From an uncultured Anaerolineaceae bacterium (GTDB lineage: Bacteria > Chloroflexota > Anaerolineae > Anaerolineales > E44-bin32), in the NCBI GenBank assembly GCA_964513155.1, contig CAZEMA010000004.1, forward strand, positions 5,284 to 60,609: a DNA stretch of 55,326 nucleotides. The letters run 5' to 3'. Within the stretch, counting starts at the first letter, position 1. Every line of letters begins with the position of its first letter. A program made the position numbers and the translations under genes. Shown piece by piece: positions 1 to 8,390 of this stretch. The notes under the pieces are model-generated. The model was given only the letters and a program-made list of their open reading frames with translations, had not been told where the DNA came from and ran no database searches.

Positions 1-429
1 TGGGGAGCGGTGCCCGCCCTGGATGCCCTCAGCCGGGTCCCACCCCGAAAGCGCTCGAAGGCGATACGCCGGGCGATCGACAGCGGCGTCGAGTTCTTCT
101 TCAGCCGGGATCCGGCTGCGGCGGACTACCCGATGGGTTGGTCGACCAAGCCCAACGGCAGCTGGTTCAAGTTCGGCTACCCGATGGGGTACGTCACCGA
201 TGTGCTCCGGGCCGCCGAGGTCCTGACCGCCCTTGGCCACGGTGGCGACCCGCGGTTGGAAAACGCGGCCAAGCTGATCCTAAGCAAGCGGAGGCCCGAC
301 GGCCGATGGCCTCTGGAGTATTCGTATGCCGGCAAGACCTGGTTCGACCTGGGTGAGAAGCGCCAACCGAACAAGTGGGTGACTTTGCGTGCGATGAGGG
401 TATTGAAAAGGATGGGTATCACCGAATGA
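1..429 (+). CDS. C-terminal part of a prenyltransferase/terpene-cyclase-like alpha/alpha-toroid repeat protein (5' end outside window)
   Basis: The frame is open to the window edge. The tail (FKFGYPMGYVTDVLRAAEVL...DGRWPLEY...KWVTLRAMRVL) resembles squalene-cyclase/prenyltransferase repeats. Stop TGA 427-429 overlaps the next start (ATGA). Confidence 0.5.
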   Translation, partial: WGAVPALDALSRVPPRKRSKAIRRAIDSGVEFFFSRDPAAADYPMGWSTKPNGSWFKFGYPMGYVTDVLRAAEVLTALGHGGDPRLENAAKLILSKRRPDGRWPLEYSYAGKTWFDLGEKRQPNKWVTLRAMRVLKRMGITE

Positions 430-1193
430 CGAAGACCATTGCCTTGGCGGGCAAGGGCGGCACAGGCAAGACGACGATCGCCGCTCTGCTCATCCGCTCT
501 CTCCTAAAGCGGACCTCTGCCCCGGTGCTGGCCATCGACGCCGACCCAGCCACCAACCTGCATATGGCGCTGGGCCTGTCCATGCCGGTCACCGCCGGCG
601 AGATCCGCGAGCAGATGATGGACTCGGCCCAGGCCGGGCAACTCGGGGTCACGATCAGCCGCCACGAGTACCTGACCCGAGAGATCCGCATGGCTCTGGA
701 AGAGGGCGACCAGGTCGATCTCTTGGCAATGGGCCGGCCCGAAGGCCAGGGCTGCTACTGCGCCGTCAACCACCTGCTGCGCCAGATCGTCGACGACCTT
801 GGCCGCAGCTACGAATACGTCGTCATCGACAATGAGGCCGGCATGGAGCACATCAGCCGGCGGACCACCAAGGACGTCGACCTGCTGCTCCTGGTCACCG
901 ACCCTACCGTGCGCGGCGTCCGGACCGCGGCCGGTATCGCCGCCTTGGCGCGGGACGTGGAGGTCAACGTCAAGAGAACGATGCTGGTTATCAACCGCAG
1001 TCAGGGCGAGGCGCCAGCGCCACTTCAAGCCGTGATCGACGACCTCGGCCTGGAGATCGCAGGAACGATCCCGGCCGATGGCCGGGTGAACGAGCTCGAT
1101 GCCTACGGTCTGCCACTCATGCATCTGGACGGCGACTCCCCGGCCCTGCGGGCCATCGAGGAGATGACCGACCGGATCGTGAACTCGATTTAG
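426..1193 (+). CDS. cooC: CooC-family (MinD/ParA-type) P-loop metallocentre-maturation ATPase
   Basis: MTKTIALAGKGGTGKTT is a deviant Walker A. GQGCYCAVN is the Cys-x-Cys motif typical of CooC Ni-insertion ATPases. I chose the ATG at 426 over the longer 375 start because of the ATGA coupling and the N-terminal P-loop position. Confidence 0.75.
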   Translation: MTKTIALAGKGGTGKTTIAALLIRSLLKRTSAPVLAIDADPATNLHMALGLSMPVTAGEIREQMMDSAQAGQLGVTISRHEYLTREIRMALEEGDQVDLLAMGRPEGQGCYCAVNHLLRQIVDDLGRSYEYVVIDNEAGMEHISRRTTKDVDLLLLVTDPTVRGVRTAAGIAALARDVEVNVKRTMLVINRSQGEAPAPLQAVIDDLGLEIAGTIPADGRVNELDAYGLPLMHLDGDSPALRAIEEMTDRIVNSI

Positions 1194-1211
1194 CCCCACA
1201 GGAGGGGATCC

Positions 1212-2135
1212 ATGTACAAGATCGGGGAAAACATCCACATCATCTCGCCCAAAGTGAAGGAGGCATTGGCCAACCGAGACGGAGGCTTCTTCGTCGAGCT
1301 GGCCCGCAAGCAGAAAGCGGCGGGCGCCGATGTGCTCGACCTCAACATCGGCCCGCAGAAGAAGGCCGGCCCTGAGGTCATGGACTGGCTGGTCGACTGC
1401 ATCCAGGAAGCCGTCCCGGGCATGACGCTGTCCTTTGACACGACCAACCTGGCCGCCATCGAAGTCGGACTCAAGAAGGTTGGCTCCAACGCCATCGTCA
1501 ACTCGACCTCGGCCGAGGAGGAACGCCTGGCGAATGTGCCCCCCCTGGCAGCCAAGTATGGCGCGGGGCTGATCGCCCTGTGCCTGGAGAAGAGCGGCAT
1601 TCCCGTCAGCGCCGATGCCCGGGTGGGGATCGCCATGGAGAAGCTGATGCCTCGCGCCCAGGAAGTGGGTGTGCCGATGGACAAGCTCTTCATCGACCCG
1701 CTCATCCTGACGGTATCTGGCTGCCAGGAGTATGTGCCTCAGGCCATCGAGACCGTACGCATGCTCAAGATGGTCGCCGATCCGCCGCCGATGACGGTCG
1801 TCGGGCTATCGAATGTGTCCAACCAGGTCCCGCCCGAGATGCGGCCCCGTCTCAACCAGGTCTACATGGTGATGCTCATGGCGGTGGGGCTTGACGCGGC
1901 CATCCTCGATCCGCTCGATGCCAAGCTGTTGGATATCATCCGCATCGTCGAGACCCGGGATGCTTCGACGCCCGCGGGCGCGCTCTACCTCAAGCTGCAC
2001 GATGCAGTCGCGGCCAGCGAGGAATTGCAGCCCGAGGCGGTTGACATGTCCGACCGCGAACAGCTGGACATCTGGAAGACGGTGTGCGTTCTGATCAACA
2101 AGGTGATCTACACGGAGTCCTACCTGCGGCTGTGA
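1212..2135 (+). CDS. Pterin-binding methyltransferase (MtrH/AcsE/MtgA-like methyl-H4folate:corrinoid methyltransferase family)
   Basis: An AGGAGGGG SD lies just upstream. The N-terminus (IGENIHIISPKVKEAL...AGADVLDLNIGP) and the length (307 aa) fit the DHPS-like pterin-binding TIM-barrel methyltransferases. Confidence 0.7.
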   Translation: MYKIGENIHIISPKVKEALANRDGGFFVELARKQKAAGADVLDLNIGPQKKAGPEVMDWLVDCIQEAVPGMTLSFDTTNLAAIEVGLKKVGSNAIVNSTSAEEERLANVPPLAAKYGAGLIALCLEKSGIPVSADARVGIAMEKLMPRAQEVGVPMDKLFIDPLILTVSGCQEYVPQAIETVRMLKMVADPPPMTVVGLSNVSNQVPPEMRPRLNQVYMVMLMAVGLDAAILDPLDAKLLDIIRIVETRDASTPAGALYLKLHDAVAASEELQPEAVDMSDREQLDIWKTVCVLINKVIYTESYLRL

Positions 2136-2502
2136 TGCCCCGCCCCCCGGCCCTTCCGGCAAGTTCCCGGGTCGGACGCCGGGCGACAAGAGAGCCGCCG
2201 TGGGGGCGCGAGGCTCGGGCACCGGTTCTGGCCCGAGGACGGGCTGATCTAGAGCCGGGGGGAGGCCCTGGTTCCGGGAGGCTGAGCGATTGGGGAGGGT
2301 CGCCCGGCAAGCCCCCGGGACGGGAGGGCCCTTGCGGCCCACGATCGTGGGGGACGTCGGGTCTCGACCAAAACGGAGAGAGAACGGGTGGAATGGGTCT
2401 GCGCGAGTTTGTAGAGCGTTGGCCTGCCAAAGGAAACAAAGGGGGAGACCGTCGACGGACAAGAGATCATGGAGTGACAACGATGTTGAAGGAGCGCGTG
2501 TC

Positions 2503-3069
2503 ATGTTCAGTCAGCTAGATGCGAACTATCGTCAATTGGTGACCCTGGCCGACGGGGCTCGGGTGCTGCTCCGGCTGCTCACCACAGCCGACCGACAGGG
2601 GCTGCTTGATCTGTATGCTCCGGTCACGGAGGAAGATCAACGCTACATGCGCCAGAATGTGCGCGACCCCAAGCTCATCGAATCTTGGGTTGACGACCTG
2701 GACTACGACAAGGTGCTGCCGCTGGTGGCCTTGTTCGGCGACCGGATCGTCGGCAACTCAACCCTGCACTTCGGCAGCGGGCCGACCCGCCACGTTGCCG
2801 AGCTGCGCATCTTCCTTCCGAAGGACTTCCGCCGGCGCGGCCTCGGGACGAAGATGCTCCAGGGCCAGATCGATCTAGCCAAGCGGCGCAACCTGCACTT
2901 CCTGATGGCGCATATCGTCAGCGACCAGACGAATGTGATCAAGGCGTTTCAGCAGGTGGGATTCGAGCGGAAGTGCACGTTGGAGAACTACCACATGCTT
3001 CCAGACGGCGACCTGAGAGACACGGTCATCGTCAGCCTGGCCCTGCGCGCCAGCCGCAGCGAGTTCTAG
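2503..3069 (+). CDS. GNAT family N-acetyltransferase
   Basis: The ATG at 2503 is preceded by GAAGGAG. The motif RRRGLGTKMLQ (R-x-x-G-x-G) and the following beta-strands are typical of the GNAT acetyl-CoA site. The upstream part of the 2290 ORF looks non-coding (R/G/P rich). Confidence 0.75.
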   Translation: MFSQLDANYRQLVTLADGARVLLRLLTTADRQGLLDLYAPVTEEDQRYMRQNVRDPKLIESWVDDLDYDKVLPLVALFGDRIVGNSTLHFGSGPTRHVAELRIFLPKDFRRRGLGTKMLQGQIDLAKRRNLHFLMAHIVSDQTNVIKAFQQVGFERKCTLENYHMLPDGDLRDTVIVSLALRASRSEF

Positions 3070-3107
3070 GAGCATGCTGGAAATGCCAACGCTGAGTGAG
3101 ATGGATT

Positions 3108-3152
3108 GGCATATGTGGGGGTGCGGGCGAAGCCCGCACCCCCACATATGCC
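3108..3152 (+). terminator. Perfect 21-bp stem / 3-nt loop hairpin downstream of the GNAT gene
   Basis: ggcatatgtgggggtgcgggc-gaa-gcccgcacccccacatatgcc. It starts 39 nt after the stop at 3069, and a T5 run follows at 3174-3178. Confidence 0.5.
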
Positions 3153-3663
3153 TGTTCCTTCTCCTCCGGGGGCCTTTTTCACCAGCCTGCTAGTGTGGCG
3201 TGTCGAAAGTTCGCAGACTGATCCCGTCTGGCGAGCTCTCCACTTGCACCTTCATGGCCGCGCCTCCGGGAGCCTGACGAATGGCCCATGAAGACTCTAC
3301 GGGCGACAGAGACTGGATCGCCTCGAGGGGTGATCCGTCGTCCGTGATGCAGAGCAATGAAGCATCTGGGCGGACCCTGCGCGGCGCACGCCACATCATG
3401 CACAGCCGCCTCGCACCATCCTGGATTTCGGCACATTGGGACGCGCAAGGGTTGGGCCCATGGCCCGCCCTTTGTCTTGGGGATTCTTCGTCGTATCCTC
3501 GAGGGACCGTCCCGCTGACAGCGTGACGTACGAACACGGCTTGCGTAGCCCCGCTCAAGCCAGACTCTTTCCCGACAACTCCGGCAGGCACGTCACGATC
3601 GTATCCGGCTGCTCTCACGGGCTGCAGATGCGAACACGTGACCGCGCCCTCCGGCACGCGGGG

Positions 3664-4686
3664 CTACCGACGGATCGTCAGCCGATAGATCGACCGGGGA
3701 ATTCCTCCAAGCCGGAACTTGTAGTCCTCGTCGCCTCGCAGGAAGTCGAACTCCTTGCGGCCCTGCTCAACCGCCCAGCGGATCAGGTAGGCCACAAGCA
3801 CCCATCCGGGGGAGAGCCACTGATATTCCGGGTCCAACCCCGAGTTGTAGACGAAGACGCGATCGTTGTAGTCGAAGTTGAGATAGGTCGCGGCAGGCTT
3901 TCCCCCCACTTCGAGAAAGGCAAGCTGCAGCCAACCCTTCGACTGAGCCGCCCGCAGCAAAGCTTCGAACTGGGCACGCATGGCGGGGGTGAGGAAGCGC
4001 GCCTTGTGCCCATCCAACGCCATGAGAGACATGAAGGTCTCGGTCGCTGCAGTCAGGTCCTCGCCTCTCTCGACGAACCGCCAGGTGACACGCCAGGCGC
4101 CGCTCTCCGCCCGGCGGAGCTTGCGCCGCAGTTCATGGCGCTGCTTCTTCTCGAGGCCCATCAGGTAGGCTTCCCAGTCGGAGGGCAAGGTTGCCACGGG
4201 GCAAGGCTGGAGCTTCTCCCGCGCCACCCGCCAGCCTCTCCGCCCGGCAGCAGCCTCCAGGCTGGGCAGGCTGGGCGAGGCCTCCGGCAGGTTGTACAGG
4301 TCAAGCACCTCCCACCCCGCTGGACCGCCAGTCTCCAGGGCTTGCAGTAGCCCCTCGGCGAGGGCCGGCATCGTCTCGGCCGGCGAGACCAGGTCCAGGT
4401 AATCAGAGATCTCGATGCTGCCAATCAGCATGAGCCCCGATGCGCCGTCGCGGGTGCGGGTGTGAAAGAGCGGCGCCAGGCCAAGTAGCTCCCCGGTCTC
4501 CCCCCGGCCAACGCCGATCCACAGCGCGCCCTCCTGCCACTCCCCACCGCCCAGCGTTGACCACCACGCCTGCAGGTATTCGTGGCGCAGGAAGGGGACG
4601 TTTGTCGCTGCCCGGGCCAACAAATCGTTCCAGGCTGGCTCTAGCCCGTGAAGACCCTGTTCGTCATGGATGAACGTCAGCTGCAT
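3664..4686 (-). CDS. CelD/BioF2-like GNAT-fold acyltransferase (FemAB-like acetyltransferase domain)
   Basis: The sequence MQLTFIHDEQGL..LEPAWNDLL...FLRHEYLQAWW...FDFLRGDEDYKFRLGG matches the CelD-like family pattern. I took the start at the internal Met (4686). Confidence 0.65.
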   Translation of the reverse strand: MQLTFIHDEQGLHGLEPAWNDLLARAATNVPFLRHEYLQAWWSTLGGGEWQEGALWIGVGRGETGELLGLAPLFHTRTRDGASGLMLIGSIEISDYLDLVSPAETMPALAEGLLQALETGGPAGWEVLDLYNLPEASPSLPSLEAAAGRRGWRVAREKLQPCPVATLPSDWEAYLMGLEKKQRHELRRKLRRAESGAWRVTWRFVERGEDLTAATETFMSLMALDGHKARFLTPAMRAQFEALLRAAQSKGWLQLAFLEVGGKPAATYLNFDYNDRVFVYNSGLDPEYQWLSPGWVLVAYLIRWAVEQGRKEFDFLRGDEDYKFRLGGIPRSIYRLTIRR

Positions 4687-4784
4687 AGGGCACCGTCCGC
4701 GGAATGCCCGTGATTGTACCAGCCCTGGCACTGACCTTGCATGTCGAATTGCGTGCAACTCACCGAATCGGTACAATTGCCGCT

Positions 4785-6965
4785 ATGCCAGTCACCCTCG
4801 ATGCCGATGTCGCCCTGATCCACATCGCTGGTGGGGAGTCGCGGGTTACCCCTCCGCCAGGGACCTTCGCCCAGACGCCGCCCCGCCGCGCTGGGCGCGG
4901 CCGCGGGGAGGACCTGCTCTTCGTCAGCCTCGGGCTGCTTTCCACCCGGACCATTGCGCCAGCCCTGATCGACCAATTGGCCAAGCTCGCCGCCGATGCC
5001 TTCTACGGCTCTCCGGGCTCGGTGACTGCTGCCCTACGCCAAGCCGCAGCGGAGCTCAACGATCGCCTGCTCGACCTCAACCAGAACCCGGCTGATCCGG
5101 TGCAGCTTCAGGGCCGGCTGATCGCGGGCGTGTTGCGCGGGCAGGATCTGTACCTGGCGCAGTGCGGCACAGGTCAGGGAATCTTGATCCGACCCAGCCA
5201 GGTCACCCGCCTGACCTCCGAGGAAGCCGCCAACCGGCCCCTCGGCCTGACCCCCACCGCTCACCTGCGCTACCATCACATCGAAGTCCATCCAGGCGAC
5301 ATTGTCATCCTGACCACGGCTCCGCCGCCGGGATGGTCCGATCCGACGCTCTCGGGGCTGGCCGGACTGGATCCCGCCCAGGCGGTCGATCGCCTTGTGG
5401 CCGCCAGTGCCAACGACCTGACGGGCATTCTGATCCGGGCGGCACAGCCCGGGGAGGGCCTGACGCTGCCGGACCAGGCTCCGGTCCGGGCCGTCCCGCC
5501 CTCGGCCCCGTTTTCTGCGCCGGGCCGCGCACCCGTCCATCGGGCCCGCCCGATCGGGCCCAGGCCCCAGCGCGCCCGCCCTGGCCTGGCACAGGAACGC
5601 CCATTCAGCGCCGAGCCCACCCCGCCGCGAGAGGTCCCCGCCTGGAGACGGAAGGCCTCGGCTCTCCTGCGCGGGGCTGGCGGCCTGTTCGCCGCCGGCT
5701 TCGGCTGGCTGGAGGAATGGCTTGGCCGCCTGGCGCCGGGCGCCTACGAGCCCTCCCGCTCCGGCTCCTTCCAGCCCGGACTCCTGGCCATAACCGCCGT
5801 TGCCGTGCCCCTCGTCGTGGTGACCATCGCCAGCGTTGTCTATTTCCATCGCGGGCGGGCGGAGCAATTCCAGCAATACCTCGATCTGGCCAAGGCCGCG
5901 GCCATCTCCGCGCAGATGAAGACCTCTCCGGAGGAGGCCTGGCCCGAGTGGCAGGCCGCCCTGGACTGGCTCGACCGGGCGGAACGGTACCGCCAGACGG
6001 ATGAGTCCCAGGCACTGCGGCAGCAGATCGAAACCGAACTCGACAGGCTCAACCAGGTCGTCCGGCTGGACTTCCAGCCTGCCGTCAGCGGCGGCTTTGG
6101 CAGTGGAGCGCGGCTGGCGGCCCTGGCCGCCACGGCCACTGACCTGTATGTGCTGGATGCGACTCACCAGGTGATCTGGCGGGCCTGGGCTACCGGTCGA
6201 GGCTATGAGCTCGACCGCGACTTCGAATGCCTCGACGGGCCGGGCAGCGTCCCAGGGATGAGCATGCCTGTCGAGTTGATCCGCCTGGACGAGCCCGGTG
6301 CCCTGCCCGGTCCGGGGATCGTGGCCATCGACGAGGACGGAACGCTGCTCTACTGCGCCCCGGACAGTCCGGCTGCCTCCGGCCAGTTGACCGCGCCCGC
6401 CGGCGGCTTCCAGCAGATTCAAGCCCTCGATCTCTTCGGTGGCTTTCTCTACGTTCTCGACGCCCAGGCCAACGCTGTCTGGATTTACAGCTCCAGCGGC
6501 GGCATCTTCGGTTCCGCCCCACAGACGTACTTCAGCGATCAGGTCCCCGACCTGAGCACGGCCGTCGACCTTGCCTTGGTTCAGGATCAACTCCTGGTTC
6601 TGTACGCCGACGGGCATCTAGACAGTTGTCAGCGTTTCGTCGACGAGGGCGGCGCTCGCGTGCGCGTCGACTGCCAGTCCCACGTGCGCTTCCAGGATGA
6701 ACGGCCCGGCCGCCAGTCCACTGACCGCATCCCCGAGGCCACGCCGGTGGAGATGCTCTACTCCCCGCCACCCGAGCCATCGCTCTACTTCCTGGATAGC
6801 ACGAGCAATAGCCTCTACCGCTATAGCCTGCGTCTGGTATACCAGGGACAGATCCAGCCCAGCGAAGCCTTTGAAAGCACGCCTACCGCCTTCACTCTCG
6901 ATCCCATGCACGACCTGTTCGTGGCCGTGGCTGACCAGGTATACTTCGCCCAACCCGAGCAATAG
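4785..6965 (+). CDS. Membrane-anchored protein with an N-terminal PP2C/SpoIIE-like (apparently degenerate) domain, a Pro-rich linker, one TM helix and C-terminal beta-propeller-like repeats
   Basis: The N-terminal segment is PPM-like (GRLIAGVLRGQDLYLAQCGTGQGILIR...HPGDIVILTT). The TM segment is LLAITAVAVPLVVVTIASVVYF. The C-terminus has repeated LYVLDA..x..W/Y blade-like motifs. Confidence 0.55.
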   Translation: MPVTLDADVALIHIAGGESRVTPPPGTFAQTPPRRAGRGRGEDLLFVSLGLLSTRTIAPALIDQLAKLAADAFYGSPGSVTAALRQAAAELNDRLLDLNQNPADPVQLQGRLIAGVLRGQDLYLAQCGTGQGILIRPSQVTRLTSEEAANRPLGLTPTAHLRYHHIEVHPGDIVILTTAPPPGWSDPTLSGLAGLDPAQAVDRLVAASANDLTGILIRAAQPGEGLTLPDQAPVRAVPPSAPFSAPGRAPVHRARPIGPRPQRARPGLAQERPFSAEPTPPREVPAWRRKASALLRGAGGLFAAGFGWLEEWLGRLAPGAYEPSRSGSFQPGLLAITAVAVPLVVVTIASVVYFHRGRAEQFQQYLDLAKAAAISAQMKTSPEEAWPEWQAALDWLDRAERYRQTDESQALRQQIETELDRLNQVVRLDFQPAVSGGFGSGARLAALAATATDLYVLDATHQVIWRAWATGRGYELDRDFECLDGPGSVPGMSMPVELIRLDEPGALPGPGIVAIDEDGTLLYCAPDSPAASGQLTAPAGGFQQIQALDLFGGFLYVLDAQANAVWIYSSSGGIFGSAPQTYFSDQVPDLSTAVDLALVQDQLLVLYADGHLDSCQRFVDEGGARVRVDCQSHVRFQDERPGRQSTDRIPEATPVEMLYSPPPEPSLYFLDSTSNSLYRYSLRLVYQGQIQPSEAFESTPTAFTLDPMHDLFVAVADQVYFAQPEQ

Positions 6966-7034
6966 ACCGGCTTTGACAACCCTGTCGGGGCAAGCTAGAA
7001 TCCCCACAAGGTCCGCTCTTCAGGAGAGGCATCC

Positions 7035-8168
7035 TTGAGTCGTTGGCCTGGCAAGTATGCGATTGCCCTGACCGGCAACATCGCCACCGGAAAGAGCGTC
7101 GTGCGCAAGATGTTGGAGCACCTCGGTGCCTACGGCATCGACGCCGATGCGCTGGCCCACCGCGCCATGGCCAAGGGCGCGCCAGGCTTCCCTGTCATCG
7201 TCCGGGCCTTCGGCGAGTGGATCCTGGACGAGGAAGGGCAGATTGACCGCACGCGTCTGGGAAGCCTAGCCTTCGCCGATCCCCGTGCGCTGGAACGCCT
7301 GGAATCGATCGTTCACCCGCTGGTGGGGCTGGCGGTTGACGTCCTGATCCGGCGGGGCACACAGAAAGTGATCGTCCTCGAGGCGGTCAAGATCCTCGAA
7401 TCGGATCTGGCTACCGGTTGTGACGCCATCTGGGTGGTCGATGCCCCCGAAGACCAGCAGATCGCCCGGCTGATGCACAAGCGCAAGCTCACCGAGGCCG
7501 CTGCCCGCCAGAGGGTCGCGGCCCAGCCGCCCCAGGCACTCAAGCTGCGGGCTGCCAAGGTTGTCATCCACAACAATGGGTCCTTTGAGAACACCTGGGA
7601 ACAGGTCCAGAACGCGTGGGCCAGGATCCCCAGAGCAGCGGAGCCACTTCTCAAGCCGCCACCCCCGGCCCGGCCCGGCCAACTGGTGGTGCGGCGCGGC
7701 CGCCCTCAAGACGCGGACGAGATCGCCGCCTTCATCACCCGCGTCACACACGGCCGCCGCCGGATGACCCGGTCGGACGTGATGGCGGCTTTCGGGGAGA
7801 AAGCCTACCTGATGATCGAACGCGACGGGAAACTGGCCGGCGTGACCGGCTGGCAGGTCGAGAACCTGGTAACGCGCATCGACGAGCTGTACTTCGAACC
7901 CGGCCTGCCGCTCGATGAAACCATCCCCGTCCTCATGGAAACCGTTGAGACCGCCTCGACCGAACTCCAGAGCGAGGTTTCCCTATTGTTCCTCGCCCCC
8001 TACCTTGCCCGCTACGAGGGCACCTGGCGCGCGGCCGGCTACCGCCCGCAAACGATCCCGGGCCTGGGCGTCCGCGCCTGGCAGGAAGCAGCTCGCGAAT
8101 CCCCGGCCCGCGCCGCCTCGCTTTGGTACAAGCGCTTGCGCGAAGACCGCGTCCTCCGCCCGGTCTAG
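7035..8168 (+). CDS. coaE: Dephospho-CoA kinase fused to a roughly 180-aa GNAT-like/unknown C-terminal domain
   Basis: IALTGNIATGKSVV is a P-loop, and the GIDADALAHRAM and VHPLV motifs are CoaE-like. The protein is 377 aa against about 200 aa for stand-alone CoaE. The start is a TTG at 7035 and is uncertain. Confidence 0.7.
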   Translation: MSRWPGKYAIALTGNIATGKSVVRKMLEHLGAYGIDADALAHRAMAKGAPGFPVIVRAFGEWILDEEGQIDRTRLGSLAFADPRALERLESIVHPLVGLAVDVLIRRGTQKVIVLEAVKILESDLATGCDAIWVVDAPEDQQIARLMHKRKLTEAAARQRVAAQPPQALKLRAAKVVIHNNGSFENTWEQVQNAWARIPRAAEPLLKPPPPARPGQLVVRRGRPQDADEIAAFITRVTHGRRRMTRSDVMAAFGEKAYLMIERDGKLAGVTGWQVENLVTRIDELYFEPGLPLDETIPVLMETVETASTELQSEVSLLFLAPYLARYEGTWRAAGYRPQTIPGLGVRAWQEAARESPARAASLWYKRLREDRVLRPV

Positions 8169-8335
8169 TTCCCCTCCGGCCTCTTCCCTCCGACCTGCCT
8201 CCACGCGACGCCCTGTGGGGGCCAGACCACGCTCTGGCCGTCCCTGATCATGAACCTGCGCCGGCATCCGTCCGCGCGGACCGCGCGGCCGCCTGCCACG
8301 GCAGAAGCGCGGCGGTCTCACCCCGAGAACGGGAC

Positions 8336-8362
8336 AGGGGCGAGCAGGTGGTGCTCGCCCCT
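8336..8362. terminator. 10-bp perfect hairpin between convergent genes
   Basis: aggggcgagc-aggtggt-gctcgcccct lies 29 nt beyond the stop of the minus-strand gene ending at 8391. There is no clear U-tract. Confidence 0.4.
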
Positions 8363-8390
8363 CAAGATGGCGCGCTGCGAGCTCGGGCGG

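Noticed and set aside
375-425. Longer N-terminal extensions offered by the ORF track. Examples are 375 for cooC, 2290 for the GNAT, 4704, 16176, 40445, 42106, 42767, 43675, 45072, 46892, 49041 and 50492.
   Set aside because: In each case an internal start has a proper GGAGG-type SD and/or places the conserved N-terminal motif (P-loop, signal peptide and so on) at its usual position. The extensions also look non-coding.
3190-3657. A 155-aa minus-strand ORF downstream of the CelD-like gene.
   Set aside because: It has no SD, its composition is dominated by R/P/G/A/S, and it has no recognisable motif. I treated it as non-coding, but this is flagged in the findings as an unexplained region.
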